A stretch of 45,156 nucleotides of DNA. Source: Clostridia bacterium. Lineage in GTDB: Bacteria > Bacillota > Clostridia > Christensenellales > UBA1242. Of the stretch, positions 1-10,300 are shown in pieces. The stretch is from assembly GCA_900766395.1 (NCBI GenBank), contig CAAFWB010000003.1, positions 1-45,156 on the forward strand, read 5' to 3'. Each line of letters starts with the position of its first letter. Position 1 is the first letter of the stretch. Made by a program: the position numbers and the translations under genes. A model generated the notes under the pieces. That model was not told where the DNA came from and did not search any database. It saw only the letters and a list, made by a program, of their open reading frames with translations.

Positions 1-2
1 AC

Positions 3-206
3 TATGACCTCGCGCGAGTCTTTATGACAAAACAACTTTCAGAAATGCTCAGCGATCAACATCTCAAGCACTTTTTTCCAAAGTTTTCTCAAATCAAACT
101 CGCCTCAGAGCGCGATGTTGTTTTGCTTGTTGGCGAAGAGTTGACTTATTTTCAACTCTCGTTTGTCGAAGGTAAAATCGACAACATCGAAATTTTTGAA
201 AGATAA
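3..206 (+). CDS. C-terminal fragment of an unidentified protein (frame open to the left window edge)
   Basis: The frame of ORF 24..206 has no stop back to base 3 (..YDLARVF-MTKQ..). No recognisable motif. Confidence 0.3.
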   Translation, partial: YDLARVFMTKQLSEMLSDQHLKHFFPKFSQIKLASERDVVLLVGEELTYFQLSFVEGKIDNIEIFER

Positions 207-253
207 TTTGACAATTTATTAAAAACTGAAGATAATAAAAATGAGGTAAGTTT

Positions 254-436
254 ATGGAAGATAAAAAATTTACATGCTGCGATTGCAAAAAAGAATTTGT
301 TTGGACAGTTGAAAATCAAAAGTTTTTCAAGGACAACAAAATTGACAAAGAACCTGTCCGCTGTCGCGATTGCGCAATAATTTTGAAAGAAAAACGCGAA
401 AAAGAAGTAAAAAATGAAAACAAAAACAAAAAATAA
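254..436 (+). CDS. Small zinc-ribbon protein (CxxC...CxxC), resembling the 'probable zinc-ribbon' family
   Basis: RBS GAGGT lies 7 nt upstream. The sequence FTCCDCKKEF..W.....QKFF......EPVRCRDC carries two CxxC pairs and has a Lys-rich tail. Confidence 0.6.
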   Translation: MEDKKFTCCDCKKEFVWTVENQKFFKDNKIDKEPVRCRDCAIILKEKREKEVKNENKNKK

Positions 437-460
437 TGGCGTTTGCCATTATTTTTCTTT
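433..460. terminator. Bidirectional intrinsic terminator shared by two convergent genes
   Basis: Hairpin ATAATGGC-gttt-GCCATTAT is flanked by an A-run and a T-run. It overlaps both stop codons. Confidence 0.7.
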
Positions 461-1078
461 TTGAATTAATGATTTATATAAACGAGTTTTGGCAAATTGT
501 GTCACTTGCATTGGAACAATTTTTGCACGCTCTTCTTCCATTTCAAAATCATGAACAATTTCACAATTCCTTTGATAAATGAGATATGTTTTTGAAAAAT
601 GTTGATCTGCTGAAATCAATAATCTTCCAGCAACAAAACTTTCAGCCAATATTTTTGAGTCATTAAGCGGATGCTTTGAACCGCCATAATCAACAGTCAC
701 AACTTTTTTGTTGTCAGAAGTAAGATACTTTGTTTGAGCATAATCTCTCATAAAAATTTCGACTCTATCAAACTCTTCTTTTTTTATGTTGAATTTGTGA
801 AGAAATCTCTCAAACTCGTCCTGCTTGCTTTTGTTTGGTCCGTCAACACATTCATCATAGACTGTTGGAAGAATCGACACATCAAAAGCTCCCAATTTGA
901 GACCTTTGAGAATATTGAGATAAATTTGTTGAAGTTTGAAATCTGCTTTGACAATATTTGACAAATCAAAGCCATTCAAACTTTCAAGTTGTTTTCCAGT
1001 TTTCAAGCAATATTCTTCCACTTTTTTGTTTAGTGGAAACAATTTTATGAAAACGCAGGAATCAAATGCCAATTTCAT
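449..1078 (-). CDS. PIN-like domain protein (putative RNase), larger than classical VapC
   Basis: Acidic residues sit in PIN-like contexts: LAFDSCVFI (N-terminus), VYDEC, NDSKILAES, ISADQHF. The start is 3 nt after the upstream stop. Confidence 0.4.
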   Translation of the reverse strand: MKLAFDSCVFIKLFPLNKKVEEYCLKTGKQLESLNGFDLSNIVKADFKLQQIYLNILKGLKLGAFDVSILPTVYDECVDGPNKSKQDEFERFLHKFNIKKEEFDRVEIFMRDYAQTKYLTSDNKKVVTVDYGGSKHPLNDSKILAESFVAGRLLISADQHFSKTYLIYQRNCEIVHDFEMEEERAKIVPMQVTQFAKTRLYKSLIQKEK

Positions 1079-1081
1079 ATT

Positions 1082-2059
1082 TCATCCTTTTGAAAAAGTA
1101 TTTTCCGCATCAAGATATTCATCATCTGGGAATAAATCTTTGTTTGTGTTGTCATCCTTGGATTTGTCGTTTCGAATTCTGTTTATAACATCATTCAATT
1201 TCGTTAGGTCTTGTTGATTTGAATTTGAATACTCTTGCATCAAACAGCCCTCATCTCCATAAAGCAAGTTCGCAAGTTCTTCTTCAGGTGTTTTTTCAGT
1301 CTTTTCAATTTCACTTTGAAGACCTTTGTAGGTTTTCATCACAATTTCGTCGCCATTTTGATAAAAAACGGGAATCATAAAAGATTTTTCGCCATTTTTT
1401 TCAATATATGTTTGAGTTGAGCCAACAAACACAATTCCCTTTTCTGAAAGATTTTGAGACAAATCTTCAAAAAATTCAGTATTGATTTCAAATCCTTTGA
1501 TGCTCGAATCTTGAAGATGAGCAACAAGCGAACTCACAAAGTCACTGTCAGACCCTTCTTTTTCAATTTCAATTTGAGCAAAATTATTGTTGTAGTCAAC
1601 GCAAAAAACTTTTCCGTTTTGAGGTTTTATCAAAATTTTGAGTTCTGTGTCTTTTGACGAAAAAGCATCACTTCTCATGTTTGTTTCAAAAACGCCCAAA
1701 ATGTCAAAATCACCTTCAATCTCAAATTTCAATTTTTCTTCAACTTGTGGTCGGATCATATCTTTTAAATAAGTATAGGCATAGTTTTTGTTGTATTTGT
1801 CAATTCTGTCTTGTTCTTTTTTGTCATTATCATTTTTTTCGTTTTCAGGAAACAAGTCACCTTTTTGTGGCAATTTGATTTCAGTTGAATCACCACGATT
1901 AATGTAATTATATAATTGAGTTACTACTTCAGGGACAACATAAGCAAGAACGACAACAGACATCATAGACCACGCCACTTTTTGAGTGGTGGTTAGTCTA
2001 TTCTTTTTTGGCTTTTTTGGAAGCATTTTATTAAATTTTTTATAATACTTTTTTGCCAT
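1082..2059 (-). CDS. Single-pass membrane protein, unknown function
   Basis: Start moved to ATG 2059 (MAKKYYKKF; GAAGGGA upstream). Basic N-terminus, then TM helix WSMMSVVVLAYVVPEVV, then an acidic extracytoplasmic domain. Confidence 0.5.
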   Translation of the reverse strand: MAKKYYKKFNKMLPKKPKKNRLTTTQKVAWSMMSVVVLAYVVPEVVTQLYNYINRGDSTEIKLPQKGDLFPENEKNDNDKKEQDRIDKYNKNYAYTYLKDMIRPQVEEKLKFEIEGDFDILGVFETNMRSDAFSSKDTELKILIKPQNGKVFCVDYNNNFAQIEIEKEGSDSDFVSSLVAHLQDSSIKGFEINTEFFEDLSQNLSEKGIVFVGSTQTYIEKNGEKSFMIPVFYQNGDEIVMKTYKGLQSEIEKTEKTPEEELANLLYGDEGCLMQEYSNSNQQDLTKLNDVINRIRNDKSKDDNTNKDLFPDDEYLDAENTFSKG

Positions 2060-2105
2060 AATCCCTTCGAATTTTATTTTAGCATAATTAGTTTTTGTTT
2101 GCAAT

Positions 2106-2138
2106 ATAAAAAATAACTGCCAACGCAGTTATTTTTTT
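2106..2138 (-). terminator. Intrinsic terminator after the MBG-repeat gene
   Basis: Hairpin ATAACTGC-caac-GCAGTTAT (2113-2132) has flanking A/T runs. It overlaps stop codon 2129-2131. Confidence 0.65.
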
Positions 2139-5100
2139 GCTTGTTTCTTTTTCTTGAAGTTTATTACAAACGCACAAAGCACAACGCCCAATATCATTCC
2201 AACGCAAACAGCAACAGCAATATCAATCCAGCTTTCGTTGTCGCATACAATGATGAATTCAGAGAAAGTTGAGGTCGACACAAGAACACTGTCGTCAACC
2301 ACCTTATAAGCAAGTTCAACAAATTCTCCCGATGCATTTTTCCCATAAACATGAATGTTGTTGAAATTGTTTAGGTTTTTCACTCCAATTTTCATATTGA
2401 GTGCCTTGTCCAAAACAAGTGAACCACCGTTTGCATCAAACAAACCAACCTTCAAACTTTGAACGACTTTTTTGCCAGCATATTCTTCACCAATTTGAAG
2501 ATTTCCAACCGAAAGAACAGTTCCATATTTCATTGCGGTTGAGTTATATGTTGAAATCTCAACATTTTGATTTTCGAGTGCCGCATAAGTAATATCTGCA
2601 ACCAAACCAGTTGGAAGAATAAGATTGTAGTTTTCTGCTTTGGCGCCAACAAGTGCAAACCCTTGAATATTAACCGCAATATCATTTCCTGGTTGGCTTG
2701 AGGCAAAAATTGCACAAGTATTTTTGTTATAATCAAGCATGATTTCATTATCAACAAGTCCCGAAACAACAGGGTTTTTTATTTTGCAAATTGCAGTGCC
2801 ATCAAAAGTTTTGTCCAAGACTTCAAGATTTAGTTTGACATCTTTTTTGAGAATCGTAAGTATTGAATTTCGAGTTTGGATTGCATAATTTTGATCAAGG
2901 CTTTCAACGCTCAAAACATAGTCGCCAACATCTTCACTTGACTCTCTCACAACTTCCCATTCGAGTTGATCGCCATCAACTAATTCGCCTTGCAAAATTT
3001 TAAGATTAAACACTGGGTCTGGATTGGAGTAAATTTTTTGATTTGCACCAAGTGTGACGACAAGGTTTCTTGGCAAAATTTCATAATAGGCTTGAATGTA
3101 TTTCACTTTGTAGTTTCTTCCAATATTGATGTTGCATCGAATTGGATATTTTCCAGCATCCTCACCCTCAGCTTTATATAAACCACCAGTTAATGTGTCT
3201 CCCTCAAGAATTTCCCCGTCAATGGTATAATCAAAATCAGCCGTTATTTCTTCACCATAAACAGAAGAAATGTTTTGAGTGGAAACAATAATCTCTCGTT
3301 GATTAATAGAAAGTTCGCTCCCAACATACGTGATTTCGTAGTTAGGGTTTGAAAGAGAAGATAAAAGTGGATATTTGCCAACATTTTCATAAATTTTCAC
3401 ACCAACATTTTCCCTATATATCTCGCCAGAGAGGTCGTGAGGGTCAACAAGTGTGCCATTGGTAATTTCATAAACAAATGATGGGTCGCTCTCGCCATAA
3501 ACTTTTGCTGCGGGAAGAGCAGTAACCTCAATCTTTCTTGGCAAAATTGAAAGCACTCCGCATGTATACTTAAACTTATAATTCTTTGGAGTCGAAAGAG
3601 TCCCAACCTCGATCACATATTCTCCAACATTTTCCCCATAAGTTCTTTTTGCCTTCCCGTTGAGTTTGACATCTTTATCTCCCGACACAATTTCGTATTC
3701 AAACACTGGGTCGCTCTCGCCATAATACTTTGATGCATCATTTATTTTTATTAAAAGCTCTTGCGCATAAATAAATAATTTTCCAGAAACAAATGTCAAA
3801 TTATAGTTTTCTCCGGCGCTCAAAGTCCCTTGAGCAAATACATACTCACCGACATCTTCTCCCGCAACTCTTGAAACATCGCCACTGAGAATGGTTGAAA
3901 GTTCATCTTCAAATTGAAGTGTTCCCAAATAGAGAACAAAATCAGCAACAGGATCTTCTTCTCCATAATATTTGAAAGTATCTTCAACTTTAACCGAAAT
4001 ATCACGTGGAAGAATAACAAGTTCTCCCGAAACAAATGTAATGTTGTAGTGAGGGTCGTCAAGTGATTCATAAGATATCTTATATGTCCCAACATTTTCC
4101 CCTCGTTCTCTTTTGAGTCTTATTGTTGATGACACACCAGAAACAAGATTTGTTTGAGTAAATGAGAAAGTTGGATCATTTTCGCCATAAAACTTTGAAA
4201 GAGAATTTGCCTTTATTTCGACATCGCGTTTTGAAATCGTGAGAATTCCAGTTGATGCAAATTTCATCTCGTAATTGTCGCCAATTGACAACGAACCAAG
4301 CTTGTATGAGTATCGTCCAATCTCCTCGCCGACTTCACGACTAATAGCACCAGTTGACAACTCATCAAAGGTTTGTCCAAATGCAAAATCTTTTTCATTA
4401 TAAACATACTCAATTTCGGGATCAACATCTCCAAATTGCTTTTGAGCGGACACGATTGAAATTTCAATTGTCTTCGCCAAAATTTCAAGATAAACTTCAC
4501 TTGACATACTCAACTCATAATTCGAGTTTTCAAGCCTCATGTTTTGAGGAATGTCATATAAATATTTTCCAACATTTTCGCCTTGAGTCCTTTGAAGCTC
4601 ACCTGCAATTTGTTCGCCATCAACAACTCCTGAAAATTGCAAAACAATTTGCGGGTCAATCTCACCATATATCTTTTGTGTTGAATTTGCTGAAATTTGA
4701 ACATTTTTTGCAAAAATTGATGCAAAAATCAAATTTTCGTCATAAATTAGCAAATAATTTTGAGAATTATCACCAGCAATTTCAATTTTTCTGATTGAAA
4801 TTTTTTTGTTATTTCCAACATTTTTGTCTACAAATGCCAAGTCCGTTTCAAGCTCAACAACATCTTTTTCAAGTGTGTTCAAAAGTGTATGAGAATACTG
4901 AACTTTTGATGTCCCATCATAGGTTTTGTCCTCAACAACAAATTCAACGCGTGCTTGTCTTTTGATGATTTCAAAATTTGCTGGAACAAAATTAATATTG
5001 TAATTTCCGTTGTTTAGCGAACCAACACCAATCTCATAAACGCCAACATTTTCGCCAAACTCTCTTCTTATGTTCCCCATAAGTTCGTCACCCTCAACAA

Positions 5101-7333
5101 GTCCCGAAACCGAGAATCTGAGAATTGGGTCTTCTTCGCCATAAGTTTTTGAGTTTGGAATTGCTTCAACTATTATATCTTTTGGAACAATTTCAATATA
5201 GGCTGATTGCAAATTGATTTCATAGTTTGAATTTTTCAAAGTTCCGATTGCTATTAAGTATTTTCCAACCTGATTTGATGAAATTTGAAGTTTGCCTTCA
5301 AGTTTATCTCCGTCCAATAGTCCAATTGTTTGATAACCAATTTCAATCGCATCTCCATAGCAGAATGTTTGAGCCTCTGTCACAACGGTCAAAGGTCTTG
5401 GAGTTATTGTTCCATAAATCAAAGTATTTTTGTAATCAACATAATAATTTTCTGCGTCAAATCCCACCAAACTTATTTTGTTGATTTTTACTTGTTTGTT
5501 TGTTCCGGCATTTGCGTCCGCAAAATTTGCTTCAAATGTCGCAGAAACTTCATCACCCAAAACAACATTTCTTGCTGTTGCAAAAATTGTGGCATTTGTT
5601 GTTTTGTCATAAACTTTTGAAACAACGCCCACTTCACTCAACTTTATTTCGCGTTTTTGGATAACAAATTTTGCACCAACAAAACTGATTTTGTAGTTTG
5701 GATTTAGTGAAGATAAATTGCCTTCGTTGATTTTATAAGTTCCTGCACTTTCGCCCTCATCTCTTTGAAGTGTTCCCAAAACATTTTCGCCGGAGGCAAG
5801 ACCAGATGAAGAAAATGTCAGTTTCGGATCATTCTCTCCATAAACTTTTGAAAGTGCGTTTGCTCGGATTTCAAGAGGTCTTTTTGAAATCGTGGAAGAG
5901 GTTGAAGGAATGATGTTTTGAAGCGCATAAATTCCTTTGTCATTTCCAGAAAGTGTTGGAATCGATGAAAATTCAATCAACTTTTGCTCTCCAACACTGC
6001 TTGTGGCAAAGTTTGCAACAAGTCCCGAAACTTTGACATCGTGTGAATTTTCAACTCCATCAAGCAAAACATTTTCGATTTCTGCTTTTGTTGTTCCGTC
6101 ATAAATTTTTGACTTGACAACAACTTGCTTGATTTTGATTGTTTTTATGAAAACTGCTTTGATTTTTGAGTCGTTTTCAATTCTAAATGTATATGATTTG
6201 TCTTTTGAAACAATATTCCCATTTTGTTGCCAACCAACAAATTCAAATCCAGAATTTGCCCGAAGTGAAACAGTCGCATAATCTCCAACAAAATATTTTC
6301 CTTCCCCCAAAATTTTTGCAGGGTTTACAAAATCTTTTTCAACACTCAAATTGATTTGAGCAACATTGAGCATGAAAGTGATCTTTTCAGAATAAAGATA
6401 GTCGCCTGATGCAGAACTTTTTCTACATTTTGCACGAACAACAATCTTTGCGCCAGTCGGAGCATCACTATTGACATAGAGATAACTGTCAACAACTTTT
6501 GCATAACTTTGCCCTTCTGTGATTTCATAAGAAATTTTATGAATGTTCTTATAATATTCAAAATATTGAGTGGTTGAACTTTCTGCAACAATAAAGTTTG
6601 TTGCAGAAAGCTTCATGACTTGTCCAGTTTTGAGAGATTGGCTCTCTGTCAAAATTTTACATTCATTCAAATTTGTCGCAAAAAACACTGTTGGTTCAAA
6701 AATACAAAACTTTGCCGCATATGTTCTGTTTGTTTCCTCACGACTTTCAAAAGAATAAACAATTTTTTCTGTATTTGTTGGAAGAGTCACAAGAGAAGTT
6801 TCAATCCAGTCTGGTTCATACACTGATGAATTTGAGGAAACTTTGTCTGATGTGAGTGTCAATGTTTTGTAGACATTTCCGCCTGCGATAATTTCAATTT
6901 TTATATTGACTTTGCTGCGCTCTTCGTTGTTTAACGCCAAAAGACCGCAACTTGCCCTCATCTGCATAAGTCCCGCGGAAATGATTTTTTGCATTTCAGT
7001 GCTTGGGTAAATTTCGCAATATCCTGAACTTTTTGCTTTGGTTAATGATGTATGTTTTCCGGTTATGTAATTATATTTATTAACCGATTCACCATTTTTG
7101 TTGAGATAATTTTTGTCGGAAGCTTTTGCTTGTGCGTTGGTTAGTGTCGTTTCGCCTTTTGAATTGCTGAAAGAACTTGCGGGATTATAGCCAGAATATC
7201 CAGTGAGAACAAACTGTGCTCCGTCTGTCCCCGCAACTTCTGCTTGAACCTCATTAAATTTTGGCAACAAAAGAGTTATGCCGCATGTCAGCATTGTCAT
7301 GAATATTAAGAGCAAGCATAACGATTTTTTCAT
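2129..7333 (-). CDS. Giant surface protein with MBG (YGX-type) and YDG-type repeats, a signal peptide and a C-terminal TM anchor
   Basis: Start moved to ATG 7333 (RBS AGGAG in GATAGGAGTGTT). The ORF-track start at 7387 would overlap the upstream gene. Signal peptide MKKSLCLLLIFMTMLTCGITLLL..VQA/EV. About 10 repeats of K.YGE.DP...GL..GD...G.L.R..GE.VG.Y.I and about 4 K.YDGT modules. C-terminal helix WIDIAVAVCVGMILGVVLCAFVI followed by a KKKKQAKK tail. Confidence 0.85.
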   Translation of the reverse strand: MKKSLCLLLIFMTMLTCGITLLLPKFNEVQAEVAGTDGAQFVLTGYSGYNPASSFSNSKGETTLTNAQAKASDKNYLNKNGESVNKYNYITGKHTSLTKAKSSGYCEIYPSTEMQKIISAGLMQMRASCGLLALNNEERSKVNIKIEIIAGGNVYKTLTLTSDKVSSNSSVYEPDWIETSLVTLPTNTEKIVYSFESREETNRTYAAKFCIFEPTVFFATNLNECKILTESQSLKTGQVMKLSATNFIVAESSTTQYFEYYKNIHKISYEITEGQSYAKVVDSYLYVNSDAPTGAKIVVRAKCRKSSASGDYLYSEKITFMLNVAQINLSVEKDFVNPAKILGEGKYFVGDYATVSLRANSGFEFVGWQQNGNIVSKDKSYTFRIENDSKIKAVFIKTIKIKQVVVKSKIYDGTTKAEIENVLLDGVENSHDVKVSGLVANFATSSVGEQKLIEFSSIPTLSGNDKGIYALQNIIPSTSSTISKRPLEIRANALSKVYGENDPKLTFSSSGLASGENVLGTLQRDEGESAGTYKINEGNLSSLNPNYKISFVGAKFVIQKREIKLSEVGVVSKVYDKTTNATIFATARNVVLGDEVSATFEANFADANAGTNKQVKINKISLVGFDAENYYVDYKNTLIYGTITPRPLTVVTEAQTFCYGDAIEIGYQTIGLLDGDKLEGKLQISSNQVGKYLIAIGTLKNSNYEINLQSAYIEIVPKDIIVEAIPNSKTYGEEDPILRFSVSGLVEGDELMGNIRREFGENVGVYEIGVGSLNNGNYNINFVPANFEIIKRQARVEFVVEDKTYDGTSKVQYSHTLLNTLEKDVVELETDLAFVDKNVGNNKKISIRKIEIAGDNSQNYLLIYDENLIFASIFAKNVQISANSTQKIYGEIDPQIVLQFSGVVDGEQIAGELQRTQGENVGKYLYDIPQNMRLENSNYELSMSSEVYLEILAKTIEISIVSAQKQFGDVDPEIEYVYNEKDFAFGQTFDELSTGAISREVGEEIGRYSYKLGSLSIGDNYEMKFASTGILTISKRDVEIKANSLSKFYGENDPTFSFTQTNLVSGVSSTIRLKRERGENVGTYKISYESLDDPHYNITFVSGELVILPRDISVKVEDTFKYYGEEDPVADFVLYLGTLQFEDELSTILSGDVSRVAGEDVGEYVFAQGTLSAGENYNLTFVSGKLFIYAQELLIKINDASKYYGESDPVFEYEIVSGDKDVKLNGKAKRTYGENVGEYVIEVGTLSTPKNYKFKYTCGVLSILPRKIEVTALPAAKVYGESDPSFVYEITNGTLVDPHDLSGEIYRENVGVKIYENVGKYPLLSSLSNPNYEITYVGSELSINQREIIVSTQNISSVYGEEITADFDYTIDGEILEGDTLTGGLYKAEGEDAGKYPIRCNINIGRNYKVKYIQAYYEILPRNLVVTLGANQKIYSNPDPVFNLKILQGELVDGDQLEWEVVRESSEDVGDYVLSVESLDQNYAIQTRNSILTILKKDVKLNLEVLDKTFDGTAICKIKNPVVSGLVDNEIMLDYNKNTCAIFASSQPGNDIAVNIQGFALVGAKAENYNLILPTGLVADITYAALENQNVEISTYNSTAMKYGTVLSVGNLQIGEEYAGKKVVQSLKVGLFDANGGSLVLDKALNMKIGVKNLNNFNNIHVYGKNASGEFVELAYKVVDDSVLVSTSTFSEFIIVCDNESWIDIAVAVCVGMILGVVLCAFVINFKKKKQAKK

Positions 7334-7340
7334 AACACTC

Positions 7341-10300
7341 CTATCTTGGTTGCCTAATTTTTTGATAAGCAAGTGGGTCGTCTTCAATTTTTGAATCTGG
7401 CAAAATCTCTGTCTCGCCCGATGGCAAAGAGTATCCTGTCATTTCAAATGCAACTGGCACGCCATAAATCTTGACTGCGCCTTCAACTTTGTATGTGACA
7501 TATTGATAGGTCGAACTCATTTTTGTGATGTCAACATCAAGTTTGCTTGCAAATGTCAAAATTCCGTCATATCCCGCTTTGAAAGCAGTGATGCCTGCCA
7601 TGAAGTAATATTTGCCGTTGTAGTATTTTGTTAATTGTGTTTGTTTTTTGATTATTTCTCGAAGTTGAGTTGTTGCCTCACCAAGTTCGGCAGCAATTGA
7701 TTGACCATTGATTTCGTCAACATCAATCCAGTTCATGATTTTGACATCTCCTTCAAGTCTGAGTTTGCTGTTGTTGTTTCCAGTTTCCCCTTCTTGTTTT
7801 GCATCAAACAAAATTGAACTGAGGTAAGACGATTTGAAAATGCAATCACGAACAGTGACATCTGATGAAATTCCGTCATCATTGACTGAAAGTGTCAGCC
7901 CTCCCGAGAACGAATTTCGAATTATGCAGCCAGCGAATGTCACTTGTGCTCCATATGCACGAGCCGCAAATACGGCGTTTTCAACAATGCAGTTTTTGAT
8001 TAAAACATTTTGTGTCATCTCTTTTGCATTTTTTGGAGTATAAACAAGCAACGCACAGCCTTTGCCTTCGAGTGATGAAAGTGAAGCATTTTCGTCAAAA
8101 GCATTGCCTCTGATTTGCAAGTTGTCAATAACAACATTTGATGCTCGAACTACAAATCTATTATATCCTCTCGCCACTCCATTTTCATCTTTATCTGGGA
8201 AGCTCAAATCAATCAAGTGCCCATTTCCATAGAATGAACGAGATGTCCAGATTCCATCTCTAATATTATAAACTATGTCATTTTGAATTACAATAGGTGC
8301 GCTAATTTTTGCTTTCAAAGCGTATTGCAATTGTTCTTTGTTATAAACATTAACACCATGAACAATTGTGAAAGTATAACTATCTTTGAGGAACAATTCT
8401 TCATTATCAGAAAGCTGGTCCTCAGGTTGAACGGTGACTGTGAGAGTTCCCGCGCCACCAACAAAAGTTAACAATCCATTTTGGTCAATTGTTGCGATTT
8501 TTGTGTCGCTTGATGTCCAAATGAGATTTGCACCAGAATTTATTGGTGTGATTGATTTTATCTTCATTTGATATGTGCTTCCGATTTGGAGTTGTCCGTC
8601 TTTTGTTTCAACAAAGCCATTTCCAAACACACGATATCCACCAATTCCACGCTCATCATCAATCGCGTCAAGTTCAAGTTCAATATCACTGATAATAATT
8701 TTGATTCTAATTGTGATTTCACAATATATTTCTGGGTTCTCAACAACATACGCACGAACAACAACTTTGCCCGCCTCACTTCCGGCAAAGAATTTTCCGG
8801 AAGCGTTGACCATCGCGAGTCTACTATCTGACACAGTGTAGGCAACTGTGAAATCTTGTGCACCATATGGCAAATAGTCAATTCCAAGCTGCATTGAATC
8901 TCTTGCAAAAATTGAATCAGGAACATTTTTGAATGAAATGAATGAAACTTCGTTTGAATATTTGATTATTATTGTCCTTGAAATTTGATTATTGTTTTTG
9001 AGTCTAACAACAATGTTTGCTGTGCCATATTGAGAGAATGTGACATGACCATAAACATTTACAACCGCAATGTCAGAACTAGTCAAAAATTCAACTTCTT
9101 TGTCCCCAGCATCAAGTGGAAGAATAGAATATGTGATGTTGCATTCTGGAGAAGAAATATAGAGCGATGTGTCCGTAACAATTTGATTTGCAAGTCTTTC
9201 GACCACAACTTTGAACGAATTGGTTATGAATGAGCATACGCTGAGTTTGAATGTTGCCTCTCCTCCAGCAGTCGCATGCAAAACACCATTTTCAAAATTC
9301 AAAACTGAAAGCGAATCATGATTTTTGTTTTCAACTTTTTCAATCATTGCAATTTGTTGAACTTCAATGTCTCGTGGCACAAAACTCAAAAGTTTGAATT
9401 CAAAACTTTCTCCTGCCATCATTTTGAGAGTTGACCCAACAAAGCCAGATGTATCAAATTTTGCGTCAATAATTTTTCCGTCTGTAAAATAGAACGAAAT
9501 TGTTTTGGTCGAAACATTGTCAAAGCTGTCATACGCTCTGAATGTGATATCAACTTTCCCACCTTTGAGGAAGTTTATCACGCCGTTTTGAACTTTTGCG
9601 ATTTCTTGATTGCTGCATTCAATTTCAATTTTCTTTATATATGCATCGCTTGGTGTTGGAACAACTTCATATCCAAGAGTTCCTGTTCCCACAACTTTTG
9701 TTCCATACATGTCATCAACTTGTCTTGAAAGTGTGACATCAATGTTTTGAAGAAGTTGCACAACTTCAATTTCAACAAATTTTTCAATCGCCGATCCATT
9801 GGCATTTGTGAATTTGACTTTGAGTTTTGCTTTGCCGCCATAATTTGCCTTTATTCTGCCACCATTTTCAATCAAAACAACTTGTTGGCCTTCGTTTTGC
9901 GGATTGTTTTCAACAACCGAGCATTCAAGTGCTGATTTATCAAAATCAAAGTCGCTTGGTGTATACTTTGAAACAATCAAATTTGTGTACGAATTTTTTA
10001 GAATTGTAATATTTTGCGTGCTGAGTTCAAAATCTGAAAGTGCTCCATTTGTGCTTGAAACAAACACACTTTTTGAAACTTTTCTTTGATTTGCAAAAAT
10101 CTTGACTTCAACTCTGCCCGTTTTTTGGAATGTCAATTTGTTTCCCGAAAGTGTCGCAATGTCAGTTTGGGAAAGCTCATATTCCAAAGTCTTGTTTGTT
10201 GCATCGCTTGGAAGAGCATTTGCAACAATCACAAATTCTGTTTTTGATGTCAAAACATCGTCATTTTCAACATAAATCTGTTCGACATTTTTATTCACAA

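Noticed and set aside
4354-4794. 146-aa plus-strand ORF, and many similar 60-135-aa ORFs (for example 8564..8926, 10130..10450, 11027..11434, 12995..13333), inside the two giant genes
   Set aside because: These are shadow ORFs in alternative frames or antisense to long, motif-rich repeat proteins. They have low-complexity composition, lack RBSs, and are fully contained in better-supported CDSs.
7334-7387. N-terminal extensions proposed by the ORF track (also 13509..13550, 23222..23254, 23844..23870, 25818..25832, 26932..27003, 33319..33369, 35593..35709, 36571..36600, 38684..38788)
   Set aside because: In each case the extension overlaps the upstream gene or lacks an SD sequence. An internal ATG (or GTG/TTG) preceded by a GGAGG-type RBS yields a canonical N-terminus such as a signal peptide or an ATP-cone.
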